Assembly: GCF_001447785.1 (NCBI RefSeq)
Contig: NW_015170281.1
Span: forward strand, 269,522 to 333,521
Source of the DNA: Gekko japonicus
Taxonomy: Eukaryota
Length of the DNA: 64,000 bases
Direction of reading: 5' to 3'
The position numbers and the translations under genes were made by a program. Under the pieces are notes generated by a model. The model did no database searches. It worked only from the letters and a program-made list of their open reading frames with translations, and was not told the DNA's origin. Shown in pieces: positions 12,890 through 25,960 of this stretch. The first letter of the stretch is position 1. The number at the start of each line of letters is the position of its first letter.

Positions 12890-13300
12890 AGGTGGGGGTC
12901 AATGAGCCAAAAGAAAACCTGGAGGAGCAGTTACTGGTAGTGGTGAGGGCTGCACTCCTCAAAAGCATCATCTGCCTGACATACACTCTGCACCTGATGG
13001 TGAAGGATACTTTGGAGCTAGGGAGCACAGTGTGGCCCACAAAGGTGATGGTGAGGGAGTATCTTGCCGAGTCCCTCAAGCTCGCCTTGGCCAATCCCCT
13101 TGATTAGCGGTCACACAAGGCCATCTTCTGGGCTGACCTCTCTTGCATGGCCATGAATCACCTCTCCTGCCCTCCCACCAGCATGCAGAATGAGCAGGTG
13201 TTCTCCCATCTGGGAGACCTTCTCAGTATTTACTGCTCCTGCCTGGGCCTGGCCAGGGTAGATGAGTTAGCCTTCCTGAAGGTCAACCTCTCCCTGCTGG
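12890..13300 (+). pseudogene. Degenerate, internally deleted hAT (ZBED/Ac-like) transposase
   Basis: IICLTYTLHLMVKDTL (decayed CxxH region) fused to a C-terminal dimerisation domain VREYL..PL..LSCPPTSMQNEQVFS..G....VDELAFLKVNL. Confidence 0.8.
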
Positions 13301-14129
13301 GCCACTCTGTTGTAGACCTGCTGGAGGGAGATCCAGGCCTCCCAGTGTTGTCTCCTTGTGTGTCCCCTTTCCCCATTCCTCCTCCTCTCTGTGTAATCTG
13401 GCATGCGGCCCATGGGTCGCACCCTTGGAGCTTGGGTGAGAAGTTGGCCACCACTGCTGAGTGGGCTTGGGCTTGGGCTTGCCTCACAGCCAACCCAAAT
13501 AACATCTACTTCATAAGCAAACACCTACATGAACCAACATCTACCTCAGCAAATATCCACCTCTACAAACATCTGCCTGTACAAGCAAGGCCATTTGACT
13601 ACTCCTTTCCATTTCACTTATACAATTCATAGTCATAATAGATGATCTCTTATCTGTATGATGTGTTCCACTAATGGTGAAGAGCCATCCAGAAATTTCA
13701 CCTAGAAATGGGCAGTGACCAGGGGATCTTTGTGTTTGGGCCTAAGGGGGTGTCTGGCTGGGATGCCTACCAAGCTGCTGTGTCGTTATTGTGGGGATCC
13801 CCCATCAAAACTCTGGGGATGCCTGGGATGCCTTTCCGATGTCTTTCTGTTTATCCATGGAGTAGAAGTATTCACTGCAGTGGATAAGCGCACTCTGGAC
13901 CCAGGTGCAGAGTCAAATTAAAAAACCCCATTGGTGGGCATGCTCTGAGGGGGTGCCTCAGCTGAGTACCCACATCAATTACACCCTCCCAGCTGCCATG
14001 GAGGTACTTTGGGGAGCCCCCGTCAAATGTTTGGGGGTGACCACCTTTCCATCCATCTTTCATATACTGGTTGCATGTTTCAGCCCTTGTTGGGGGTGGG
14101 CACACTTTGGGATTTGTGTGCCATAGGTG

Positions 14130-14670
14130 GAATCAGGGCTTTGACCCAACACAACTACTTCCTTTTCAGGGCATTGACCCACCACATGTATTTCCTTCTC
14201 AGGGCTTCCAGTCACTATATCAACATACATCATTGCACACTGGTTTGTGTTTGACCTATCACATCACCTTCTGTCTCAGGGCTTTGTCCCACCACATCTA
14301 CTTCCTTCTCAGGGCTTCCAGTCACTATATCAACATACATCGTTGCACACTGGTTTGTGTTTGAGTGTCAGGGGTGGGCTCAGCTTGGAACTACCACATC
14401 TACATATGTCATTGTACACCTTGGGGTTTGGGTGTCAGGGGTGGACTCAGGGCTTGGACCCACCATGTCTACTGTTGTCTCAGGGCTTCAAGCCACAATG
14501 TCTACTCCCTTCTCAGGGCTTCAAGCCACCATGTCTACTTCCTTCTCAGGGCTTCAAACCACCACTTCTACCCCCTTCTCAGGGATTCAAGCCACCATGT
14601 CTACTTCCTTCTCAGGGCTTGGGGCCATCATGTCTACATAAATCTCAGGGCTTGGAGCTACCATGTTTAG
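14130..14670. repeat. ~33-bp minisatellite (ctcagggcttcaagccaccatgtctacttcctt) plus a ~110-bp higher-order duplication
   Basis: Direct; translates as repeated PSQGFKPPCLL. Confidence 0.85.
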
Positions 14671-15569
14671 ATATCTAATTGCATGCTGGTTTGGGTTTAG
14701 GTCTCCAGTAGTCTCAGGGCACATTGTCCTGGTTCTGCTGGGTTGGCAAAAATGCCCCCCCACCTTCAGTTTCTACTGGAGAGATTTTGGGGGAGGTGAT
14801 TCTGTTCCTGTTCTGCTGGGCTTCTGCCCTTGCTTTTTTTGCTGTTTCCCCCTTCCATGGGAAACAATGGAGTATGGGAGCACCTTCTTTGGGGAGGCAT
14901 ATCTTGGATCCTGTAAATCCAATCCTCACCAAACATGGAAAACAGGTAGAGTCAGCCAGATATGTGCTGCAAGTTTGGAGTGCCTGTTGTACCACATACT
15001 GAATTTACCAAAATCGTTCAGTTTGTATGAATGAGTTTTCTGTCCATGACAGTCCATGTTTGGTCCATGGGTGCACCACAAACTATGAACCAAACCACAT
15101 TTTCTTGGTTCATGCCCATCCTTGTTCAGTAGTCATGGGGAAAGACAGACCTACATGCTCAGATATTATCTGATAATTAAATGGGTAGTTATAGTTATAT
15201 ATTACTGTTTGGGTTGGTATGCAGAACATACAGTCATTATGTAGGTTTTTTTGGTTGATGGAATTGAGAATGTGGCTCTTTGTGAATACAACTGACATAG
15301 CCCTTGCAATAGTCTTGATCTTATCCTATAGAACCAGGCCAGGGAACTCTCTGTTGCTAGGTTATACAGCTGTTCCCTTCTTGTGTTGCATTGTTGTGTG
15401 TTCTGGTCTGGATTAGGTTTTTTGATGTTTTGGGTCTGCTCTGAAGTTTTGGTCATGAAATTGAAATGAACTGGATTTGGGCACCTTCCTGTCATATAAT
15501 AAATAAAATAATTTCATTCAGACAGAAGGATTTCCTATGAACATTTCAAAGCAGCATTAAAAACAAGAC

Positions 15570-15775
15570 CCAGTGCAGTGTATTGCAGAGACCAGAAGCT
15601 GGGAGACTCTGGTTCAAATCCCCACTCTGCCATGGAAGCTTTGGCCAATTTCCTACTCTCAGCCTAACTTACCTCTCAGCATTCCTGTGAGGAGAAAAGA
15701 GAAGAACAATGTAAGTCACTTTGTGTCCCCTTAGAGGACAAAGGTAGGGTATAAATGAAGTAAATATATAAATAA
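15570..15775 (+). mobile_element. Old tRNA/CORE-type SINE (Squam3-related)
   Basis: ggttcaaatccccactctgccatggaagct..ctctcagcctaac..gggtataaat. Confidence 0.7.
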
Positions 15776-17447
15776 AATAGCCACACATTAAATAACCAGT
15801 TTGTATTTTGGAGCTGAAACTATTCAACAAGTGACAAGTGACGGCATCCAACTGGCTGCTGTTGGAAACAGTTGTCTAGGCTGGGTAGACTTTGGTCCAA
15901 TCCCGAAAGTAACTCTAATGTCCTTATCATGCTAAATGCACTAGGAAGAGATTGCCTTGCTATCTGGATCCATAAAATTTGTAAGATAGCATATATCCAA
16001 TTATTTCTATCCCATTTCTATCCCCCCACTGCTACTCTAGTTCTTGACAGCTTTCCTGTCACATGAAATGTATGGATTACATAAGCTCCATTCTATGAGG
16101 TCATCTGATGACTAGAACAATTTCAACATATTAGCTGGATTTTACCTTCAGCATTTGAGATGAGAGTGTTTACAAATCCCTTACTTTATCTGTTCTGTAG
16201 AACAGAATTATCATTTTGCTGGCACTACGTAGCACCTGTAACTGCACCTCATTCAAGGGATATCATTTTATAAAGTAATCTCTGTTGTTAAGTGAGATTG
16301 AGGACACATTATGTGAATTCTCTCTAATAACACTGTCAGTGAGGAGAGGAACCTGAATTGCTTTGTAGTCCTGAAAGATTAAAGAATTTTATTAGTGTAA
16401 GTTATAAAAAATACCTCTCCAAACAATTGCTAAAACATCTGAATTTGAATTCATATTGACGTTGGTAGAATTTCTAATGAACTTGAAGTGTGTCTTTGAA
16501 CACTAAATTTCTCCAAGGTATGCTACAAAGTGCAATAAATGAGCAAATTATGAACAAAATTTCTCTCTCACCATGTTTGTAGTATAATGAGGGAGCTCTG
16601 ATAGACTGCAACACAGGTGTGCTCTTCTATGTTAATTTCAATGTACAAGGACTGCATACTTTAATGCAGTGATCCTCAGATTTTGTATTCACTCCTCTTC
16701 CCCCAAGTTAGCTAACCTTTTGGGAGTCCTGAGTCAAGCAACAGCGATCCATTACAAAGGTGAACATGAAGAGATCTCTGTATCCAGTTAGGTGCAGTAG
16801 ATGTGCATATCTTTGGTTATTAATTACAAAAATTACAAAAAATCAGTGTTCCATAATTACTGTAATTAATATGAAAAAACACAAATTCCCCATCGAAACA
16901 TTCTATAACTAACCCCCCATGTTTTTCTGTCATTTTGTTCTTTTTTCTTTTGTTAATGCAATCTTACTTTTTTTTTCTACTAGTTTCACATTTATAAGAC
17001 AGCCAGTGTTTTCCTAATAAGGGCATAAGCCATGCTCCTTAAAGAAAGAGGAGGCAAAGAGGCTGTGGGCTTTCTTGATTGACTGCTAGCTGTAGCCACT
17101 AGAATTACATACATGTAAGAGGTATTCCAATCTTGCCCTGCTGTGCCAAATTTCCCCTTGAAGTCTGAACTCCCATGCTTGCCTGGTGTTCTCCAAACCT
17201 TGTCCCTTCTCCAAGCAAAGCAAGTTCCTTTTGCCTGCTTGCCCAGATGCCTTACCTTCCTTGTGTCACCAAATGTCCTTGCCTTGTCATGCTATTGTCC
17301 TTCAAGCTGGCTGCTATGACAGATTCCCTCCCTGAAGGCTGTTGTCTGTATTACCATGTGTTTGGAATCTTTCTCCAATAGACTTTAATATTAAACGTGT
17401 GTGCTTTTCATTGCCTCAAAGGAGGGGGGGGTTGATTTAATATGTCT

Positions 17448-17700
17448 GAGAGTCAGTGTGGTGTAGTGGTTAGGAGCAACAGACTCTAATCTGGAGAACT
17501 GGGTTTGATTCCCCACTCCTCCTCCACATGAAGCCTGGTGGGTGACCTTGGGCCAGTCACAGTTGTCTCAGAACTCTCTCAGCTCCACCTACCTCACAAC
17601 GGGCCTGTTGTGTGGATAGGAAGGGAAGGCGATTGTAAGCTGCTTTGAGATTCTTTAAAAGCAGAGAAAAGCAGGGTATAAAAACCAACTCTTCTTCTTT
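17448..17700 (+). mobile_element. Squam3-like tRNA-derived SINE
   Basis: A box tggtgtagtggtt, B-box-like gggtttgattccc, (CTT)n tail. Confidence 0.85.
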
Positions 17701-18101
17701 TGAAATTTGGGAATATGTATGTCTTGGTGGAGTGCTACAATTACCCTGAGGTTTGCCCAATCTGAATGGAAAACCATGAAGATACAGGCCAAGAAGAGAG
17801 GGAGGTCTCCCATTGAAACCTATGGGGAAAACACAGTAGAATCATAAAAATGAAACAATAACAAGATAATAATGAAACAAAACTTTACAAAATAGCCCAA
17901 CAACAAAATAGTCCCACTAATGAAATGAAGCAAACTCCCACGCGCAAGTCTAATATGCATACAGTTTATTGTTTTAAACAAGAGGCTTTGGATTGCAAAA
18001 ATATCCCACACTGGCATTAGATGAGTAGGATGTGTGGCCCACTAAAGCCAGAGACAGGGAAACCTACAAACAAGTGTATGTGTGAAGATACTAGTGGTAC
18101 C

Positions 18102-18386
18102 AGAGCCAATTTGGGGTAGTGTTTAGAAGCATGGACTCTAATCTGGGAGAACTGGATTTGATTCCCCACTCTCCATGTGCAGTTATTGACATGACCTTGG
18201 GCCAGTCACAGTTCTCTCATAGCTGCTCTGGAAAGAGCAGTTCTCAAAAGAGCTCTCTCAGCCCCACCTACCTCACAGGGTGCCTGTTGTGGGGAGGGGA
18301 AGGGAAAGGAGATTGTAAGCCACTCTGAGACTCCTTTGAGTAGTGAAGGGTGGGGTATAAATCCAATCTCCTCCTCCTCCCCCTCC
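18102..18386 (+). mobile_element. Squam3-like SINE
   Basis: Same body as 17448; (CCT)n tail. Confidence 0.85.
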
Positions 18387-18584
18387 AAACAAAAACAAAT
18401 CTGTATCCTTAAGTACTAGTAAGTATTCATTCCACTCAGATCTTGGTTCATGGAAAAGACAAATACAACCCACCTGTGTTTCGAACTGGCTCCTCAGTCC
18501 TTGCTGTCTTCAAAATGCCCGTGTCCACTGATGGAGAAGGAATAGTGTGCGAAATATTGTTGTCATACTAATGACCTTGATACT

Positions 18585-19820
18585 CACGGATGACAGAACA
18601 AAAAATCTTAGGTATAGAACAAGCAGGATTTTGTCAGGGGAAGTCAACTTTGAATCACTGTATTGTGTTAAGTCACTTAGTGAATAAATACAAAAAAGGG
18701 AAAGGGTCCAAGTTGTACGCTGCCTTCCTAGATTTGAAGAGCGCTTTTGATACGGTCTCGAGGGAGCTTCTATGGAAGAAGTTAAGGATGAGATTGTTCC
18801 TGTTGATTAGGAAATTATATACAGATACCACTTGTCAAGTAAGAGGCTCTAGGGATGGTGATTTAACCCCGAAAATTTCCATCAATATAGGGGTTAAGCA
18901 GGGCTGTGTATTGGCTCCCCTCCTTTTTAATCTTTTTTTAAATGATTTGGCCACGGGGTTAGAGGGGATTGCTGGACACAGTCCAATTTTGAGCTCGCGC
19001 CCGGTGCCCCTGCTATTGTATGCAGATGATGCTGGGGTTGCCTCTGTGTGTTCCCTATGCCGCCATTTGTTTGGAAGTCAATTTGATATGCTTGGAAACC
19101 AGGGCTTGGATAATTACTTTCAGATTTCGGCTATGTTTGCATTTTAGGAATTGTCCCAATAGCCTTATTACATAGCTGTTGAAAGAGTCTCATTGTTCTG
19201 AGTGGTTTGCTGCTATAGAAAGGAAAATCGTCTCAATAGGCTTATGCTTGAAGGATATGATGGCCTTATCTGAAATACACATCTTTGCCCTGCTCAAACA
19301 GAGATTAATTGATAATGAGATGCAAGAGCTTAGAGCTTTGGCTTCTGGTAGATGTTCCCCTTTAAGATGGGCATGTTTTCTGATCAACGCCCCCGCACAA
19401 TGCTTATCGGATTTGACTTCCCCACAGCTGCATGGAGCATTTATGCTGGCCCGCTTTAACATGCTTCCCTCTGCGGTTTTAGCAGGAAGATTTAAGAAAA
19501 TCCCTTACTCAGTTAGGTTTTGTGATTGTGATTCAGAGGAGATTGAAACAACCGAACACGTATTCCTTTATTGTAGTTTGTATGATGACATTCGAGCAGT
19601 TTATTTAGAAGCTATTCTGAAGAAAGATGTCAAGCAATCTGATGACAGAAGGTTGTACTGTTTACTGGCTTCACAAAATATAGTGGTTATTGAAGCGGTG
19701 GCTAAGTTCTGTAATGGTCTTATAATGAGGAAGCTGTGTGCTAAATCCATGAACTGAAGGGTGACGGTTTATGATTCTGATCTATGCCAATAAAGGTTTT
19801 GAAATTGAAATTGAAATTGA
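18585..19820 (+). mobile_element. RTE-X-like non-LTR retrotransposon, 5'-truncated and internally deleted
   Basis: EQAGF, FLDLKSAFDTV, GVKQGCVLAPLLF and LLYADD motifs; C-terminal CxC..ETTEHVFLYC zinc motif; AATAAA plus (GAAATT)n tail. Confidence 0.8.
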
Positions 19821-20340
19821 TATTTTTTCCCTATGTCCTCCAATTCTATGAAGTTTAGTTAGTTTTTAAATTGTTTAATTTCCTTTAAAACCATTTTCTA
19901 TGAAGTTTTTATATGTTGATCTTCCAGTGTTTTAATTCTTTTTTATTATTTTGGTAGTTCTTTCTATTTTTTCTTTCTTTTTCCTAGAGGTTATCACTAT
20001 AAGGTTTCCCTTCATAAAAGCTTTACTTGCCTCCCAGAGCAATGCCACCGATACCTCTTCTCTGATGTTTACTTCAACAAACTCTGACAAATCTTTTTTG
20101 CACTTCTTAGTTATTTCCTTTTGGAGTAAGAGGTCATAATTTAGTCTCCATCTCCTTGTTTCCTGTTTTTCCTCCTTGCCATGATATCTATAATGGATTA
20201 TGGGCTGCAAAAAACTTTGGTTGAATCTCTGCATTTTTTAAATTTGTAATTAAATTTTGGACACCCAACACATATCAATTCATGAGTAGGTTTGACGTCT
20301 GTCAGAATAAAAGGTATAATTTCTGGATTTAGGATAATTA
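19821..20340 (-). mobile_element. L1-type LINE ORF2 fragment (endonuclease end and linker)
   Basis: YTFYS..IDMCWVSK, WRLNYDLL and LWEASKAFMKG motifs. Confidence 0.8.
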
Positions 20341-20460
20341 CTGAGATTTCTTCTGTTGCTACAAAGGAAGCATTTCAAGTCTGATCTTGGCAACCCTATT
20401 TAGGTGCCAAAGCCTTCGATTTTCTTATTTATTTTTCCCCAAATGTCCTGAGTAATCTCA

Positions 20461-20548
20461 CTGTGCCAACCTAAGAAAAGTCCTACCCTTCTAAGACCAT
20501 TGACTTCAATGGAATTAGAAGGATGCATCTCTGTAGAGGATTGCACAG
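20461..20548. mobile_element. 88-bp palindromic Harbinger-type MITE
   Basis: ccattgacttcaatgg core, ctgtgc / gcacag termini. Confidence 0.7.
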
Positions 20549-20807
20549 TTAGTTACAGAAAGACTGAATTACTCAGCTTTTAGGGACTGAATTCAAACTT
20601 GCTGTGTTTTTGAAGATGTAATAAATGACAGCAGCTTGGGGAGGCACTCAAAATTCACTTTTTATCATTAAAAATAAGGCCTTTATCTTCTCTTGAAGGA
20701 AGTATGACTATAATAATGTTGTGCCTCGGAACAAACAACATTGACTATAGATGAGCAGTGACTAATCAAAATGCAAACTTAAAATGCTTATTCATTATTA
20801 TAGTTAG

Positions 20808-21710
20808 TGTGCCAGAACGTGCCTGCTCTGTCCTGCAGGCCCTGTTCTACCTTGCCCTCCTAGGGGTTCCCAGCTCCCTGGAGGGGCTTTTACTTCTCTC
20901 TAGGGTAGCCCGCCACCACCACCTGCCCTTTTTGCAAGGAATTGCCTGCTGGTAGGGAGAGGACTCCCAGCTTCCTTTACAAGATCTGAAGCCTTGATTC
21001 TATGTCTCCCACTGCCCAGCGTCTGGTCACCATGGGGACAATATACTGCCTTGTGCACCTGTGGGGGACTAGCCACTTGTGTACTGACTGCCTTCCCCCC
21101 TTTCTGGTGCTCCTTTTAAAATAGCATATCCAAAATGGTGGATGTCTATGTGGTACAGAGAATCACAGCCAGCATCAAAAGTATGAAGTATTTATTAAAA
21201 AGACAATGTTTATAGGCATACTTTTCTAACAACACCAGATTGAGCAAGGAAACCAAAAGAAATGGATATAAACACAAATCCTCTTTCCAAACTTTCCCTC
21301 TCACTTTACATGCCCTATTTGATGTTAAAATAGGACAGGCTCTTTAAGCTTAGAAAGTTACAAATCCCCACAAAGTTCCATTACCTTGAAGATCCCTCCT
21401 TCTGTAAGCGAGCACATGGTCAATGGCTGCCATCCCAGAAGAGAAGTCTGTGTACATGCTCTCATGTCCTCAGCATCCCAGGGGAAAAGAGACCGCCTTC
21501 CTCTTGTCAAGGAAGCCTTTCCTGTCATCTCTAAAAAGTTTCTTCCTCAAGCCTCTCTAGAATCTGACACCCTCCAACTCTCTGTTCCCTGCCTGAAGAA
21601 AGGGGGGAGAAGGGGGAAGCTTGGCCATCTCATTGTCTCTAACTATATCCATTAGCATATGTATACAAGTAAGCTGGAAAGCCATTGCACCAACTCCCCC
21701 CCCCACACAC
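20808..21710 (-). mobile_element. Possible solo LTR; boundaries uncertain
   Basis: Starts TGTG, minus-strand AATAAA near 21195, LTR-like composition; possible TTAG TSD if it ends at 21651. Confidence 0.3.
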
Positions 21711-21842
21711 ACATCTGTTCCCAGCCCAGAGGGGAAAAAACTGTTAAAACGCAAATTGGAGGCTGTATTCCTTGCCAACCTACCAGAAGAAAATGCTTTT
21801 CCTCAGAGTATTATAATTAATCTAAACTGAAACATGAATGAC

Positions 21843-22080
21843 AGGGATGCCACTCTCCAGGTGGAACCTGAGGATCCCCTGGAATTACAGATCATCTCCA
21901 GACTACAGAGATCAGTTCCCCGAGCAGATAGAGATGCTTTGGAAGGTGGAGTCACTGGCACTGTACTCCACTGAGGTTTCTGTCCTCTCCAGACTCCATC
22001 CCCAAATCTCCAGAAGTTCTCCCAAACTGGATCTGGGACCACCACCACCCCCGCTGGTGGCCCAGGGGGACCTGCTTACC
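21843..22080 (+). mobile_element. Abundant ~230-bp hAT-type MITE (TAGGGTTGCCA TIR family)
   Basis: Body atctccagactacagagatcagttcccc shared with 31996, 35546, 36926 and 57405. Confidence 0.75.
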
Positions 22081-24060
22081 ATAATGACAGTTGCTAGTAT
22101 TTAGAAATCTTCAGATCTATCCATTATTCTTGCTCTCTGGATTGGACTCTACAGAGGTCAGAAGGAATGAGAAAAGGGTCATTCAGCAGATACGTAAATG
22201 ACAGGGGCATTTCCCAGTAAGTGGAGCCACAAATGGATCCCCTTCTAAAGAAGACTTCACTGGTATGTCTATAATTCCAAAATGTTGTTTACAGCAATCA
22301 TATTGTTTGCTCACTGGCTTAGGGAGGGCCTTAACTCTATACAGAGGGTGGTTCCGGTTTGCTTGCCACTCTCCTTGGTGCTGTTCCTAATGAGTAGAGG
22401 GGCAAACATTTTGCTTGCACACATTGATTATACAGGCATGCAGCATTTGGGGAGGGAATAGGAGCAATACATACTTGCCCTCTACAGATGTAAGCCAGGA
22501 ACAATTGTGCCATCTGTTCTCAATAATATGTGTACATCAGGGATGCTTGATCACCTGTCAATTCAGTTTATGGTTTGTGTGTAAGTCACACTCAGTACAG
22601 TCTAGTGTTCAGCAAATTGTTCATTTGTATTCAAACAATTTTCATACAGTCAATCCTGGAAAAAACAAAACTCACACCAGTTGGACAAGTGTTTACCCTC
22701 CCCTCCCAGTCTGCTGTTTGCCACACTGAGTATATAAAACATATTTCTCAGTTATTGACACGTGAGGGGTTTCTCTCTACCCTTCATAGTTGCCTGACTC
22801 AGTATTCATTAATGAAAAGTTAGACAAGCTATCAAGATCTGCGGCAATTCACGCATGCACATTTTCACACTGCTTTAGGGGAACTGTAGCTTCCCCACCA
22901 CCACCTTATCGACACTCTAGGTCATTTAAATTATGCATGCTGACTATGCAGACATGGGGGGGGGGGAGGATGCAAAAGTATTCTTGAAAAGTATGAGCCA
23001 ACTATAACCCTAGGGGACAGTTGCCTTCCTTGGAGTTTGAGCAGGTTCTGTCTGCCAACTGCACAAGTGCAAGAGCTACACCACATCCACAAAAGAGGAC
23101 AAGGCTTGTATTCAGTGCTGAAGTATGTGTATATTGTTGATACAGCCAGGCATAGGGCTTGAGTTTAGATAATCTAAATACCAGCAGAGAAGGGAAAATA
23201 AGTAGCCAACACAGGCAGAAGAGCAGACAGGGAGGAAGTATTAGCAAACTGTGAAATCAAAACCTCAAAGGAAAGAGGAAAATTATTAAGAAAAATTCAG
23301 GTAAAGCCAAAGAAAGCAAGATGATGATATCAAGGAAAATTACTTTGTGCCAATTTTGAGATTCACAGAGTGCATCTGAAGAATTATGTGGGCATGCATA
23401 AAAAAGAAACACATTATGTGGGGAATGATTTCAGATCCTTGGAGCTAAGAAAAGATGGGGAAATTAAAATACATTACTCACGTAGTATTATCTTTCTAAA
23501 ACATACCATTACCTTGTAAAAATGGAGTGCTAGAACTTGGAGATTATTGGAACCAGCAGCAGAAATCTGGTCACTTTAACTAAGGCAATCTTAAACAGTT
23601 ATAGCCTTCTAAACCAAATGGCTTAAGCAGAAATAGAAGGGTGTTGCTCTGGTTAGGATTGTCCTGCTACACAGAGGGTCACAGTAAGTTAAAAGAAATG
23701 GTACATATGCTCAGGGTTACTCGCATCTTTGTTATTTTTCTACAAGTACCTGAGCTGATTTGGATGCTGGATTTGCATACAGGTTCTGGAATGGAAGTTG
23801 AGTGAATTCTGATTGAAATATAAACAAGAACAAATATTACAAAACATTCAATTACTATGTAATATCATCAGGTGTCGATCAAAAACTGTGGTTTCAGGGA
23901 CCCAAGTGGACACCCAATCTCTGTTATTCAACATCTTTGGATTGCTGAACTAGTCACAAAAGAACCATCATTCACTATGTCCTTGTCAAAAATGGGTGGG
24001 TAGCATCAGTACGGAAGGTGTATCAAGTAAGTGGAGATAGAAGAAATGCCATTGTTAGGT

Positions 24061-24340
24061 AGAAGAAGAAGAGATTGGATTTATACCCTGCCCTTCACTA
24101 CCCAAAGGAGTCTCAGAGCAGCTTACAAACTCTTTTCCCTCCCCCTCCCCACAACAGACACCCTGTGAGATAGGTGGGGCTGAGAGAGCTCTGACAGAAA
24201 CTGCTGTTTTTCAAGAACAGCTGTGCCAGAACTATGGCTTGCCCAAGGTCATCCAGCAGGTGCAAGTGGAGGAGTGGGGAATCAAACCCGGTTCACCCAG
24301 ATTAGAGTCCGTGCACTTAACCACTACACCAAACTGGCTC
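24061..24340 (-). mobile_element. Squam3-like SINE
   Basis: Reverse complement of the 18102-type element with a (CTT)n tail. Confidence 0.85.
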
Positions 24341-24927
24341 CACACCAAACGCACCAAAGAGGTACAGCACTCTTTAAAGTATAGCGTGATACTTCATGTA
24401 TACTACAAGCTTTGTTACCTGGCATTCATGGAGAATGGGGTTTGCCACCTAGTCGAGTATGCCAGTTATTCAAAGTTTACACTGTCTACCTTTGAGGCTT
24501 TCTGCCAGCCCTGCTCTTGCCTTCCAACCTCCCCTGGCTCATCCTCCTCATGTCCCAAGGGCCCCACACACATCTTCATTCTCACAGTGGCTCACTGTCT
24601 CCATTGCAGGTTCATCTCTCCTCCCTCTCACCCATCTCCCTTTGTGTCTGAATGCCTACCCAGACAGTTTGCTTTTCCAGCCATTGCTGCAGCTTGCTGT
24701 CTGTTCTCTCCATACACTGATTTTTCAAGCCAGCCTGGCTGGACCAGAACCAGACATCATTTAAATGAGGTTTTTGGATAATAAAGATCTGAATAATAAA
24801 GCTTGCACTGTAAATATTTGGGATATTTACCTGTGCATACATTTTAGATATATCTGTCACTGTAATCTCTCCTAAATTTTTTTAGACACATTTCTAGGAG
24901 CTGTATTAAGGGCTTTTTAAAAAATCA

Positions 24928-25960
24928 ATTTATTTATTTATTAAATTAGACTTTTAGGCTGCCCCCCCCCCCCGAAAAACAGAGCTCAGGGTGGCGTACA
25001 GCACACAAAAAAAAAATCCAATACAATTTATAAATTGCAGTTTAAATTCCAGAATTAGAATATAAAATATACCTAAAACATTTAACGCAGACTCCATCTG
25101 ATGGCAAAAGGTTTGCAGGAGATGCCACAGCCTCATAGGGGAGGGAGGTTGGAGGAGATGGGAAGGGGAAGAGTACCATACTATGTCATAGCCATCGCTG
25201 TCCTCAACCAAATGCCTGGTGGAACATCTCCGCCTTCTATGCCCTGTGGAAAAGTAGCTAGGGATGTCAGGCCCCAGGAGGCGGAGGGGATCCTCCAATT
25301 GGTGGGCTCCTGCCTGCCACCGGCCATCTGGCTAGTGGGGGAAGCCCCACCTCTATGGCCCACCACCAACAGCTACCATCAGCATCACCCCCTCTTCCTC
25401 CCCTCCTGCCAGATTTAAAGGGCCCTCCAGCTGATCGGCAGGAGCACGTGGCCCACCGACCAGCTGGAGGGCCCTTTAAATCTTGCAGGAGGGGAGAGAG
25501 TGGGGCAGCAGCTGGCTGCACACCTGAACTTCAAGCAGTGAATTCACTGCTTGGAGTTCAGGTGCCCCCCCCCCGCTTGTTTAAATGCTTTGGGCAAGAA
25601 GTGGGGGGCAGGTGCACTGAACTCCAAGCTGCTTGGAGTGCAGGTGCATGCAACCTACGCTTCTTCCAAAGCATTTAAAGGGACCTTTTAAATGCTTTGA
25701 GCAAGAAGTGGGGGGCTGTGACTGAACTCCAAGGTGCAAATTTGGTGCTTGGAGTACAGGGGGACCAGTCCCCAATGTGATTATGTCACTTTTGTGTGAT
25801 GTCATCATGTTGGGGACATCCCCTCCCTCTCCAGAAATGCCCACCAAAGTCCCCCGCCAAAGACTTGGAAGGACCTGGCAACCCTAAAGGTAGCAGATTC
25901 TGCAGGGCACAGATGTTATCTGGCAGAGAGTTCCACCAGGTAGGAGCAGCCAAAAGTAGA
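24928..25960 (-). mobile_element. L2-type LINE 3' end, split by a hAT MITE
   Basis: (TAAA)n tail; APTWWNSLP..I motif continues across the insertion. Confidence 0.7.
25259..25886. mobile_element. 628-bp hAT-type MITE with 8-bp TSD
   Basis: tagggatgtcagg / cctggcaacccta; TSD aaagtagc / aaggtagc. Confidence 0.85.

Larger units (their letters stand above)
12890..15124 (+). mobile_element. hAT DNA transposon deletion derivative (transposase remnant through right TIR)
   Basis: Transposase remnant, internal tandem array, and terminus ggttcatgcccatcctt matching the 1178 and 51190 termini. Confidence 0.65.

Noticed and set aside
14130-14670. CRISPR-like or mucin-like reading of the 33-bp array
   Set aside because: Contiguous minisatellite with no unique spacers, no cas genes and no splice context, inside a vertebrate transposon.
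17448-17520. tRNA genes at SINE heads
   Set aside because: A and B boxes continue into SINE bodies with simple-repeat tails and no intact cloverleaf.
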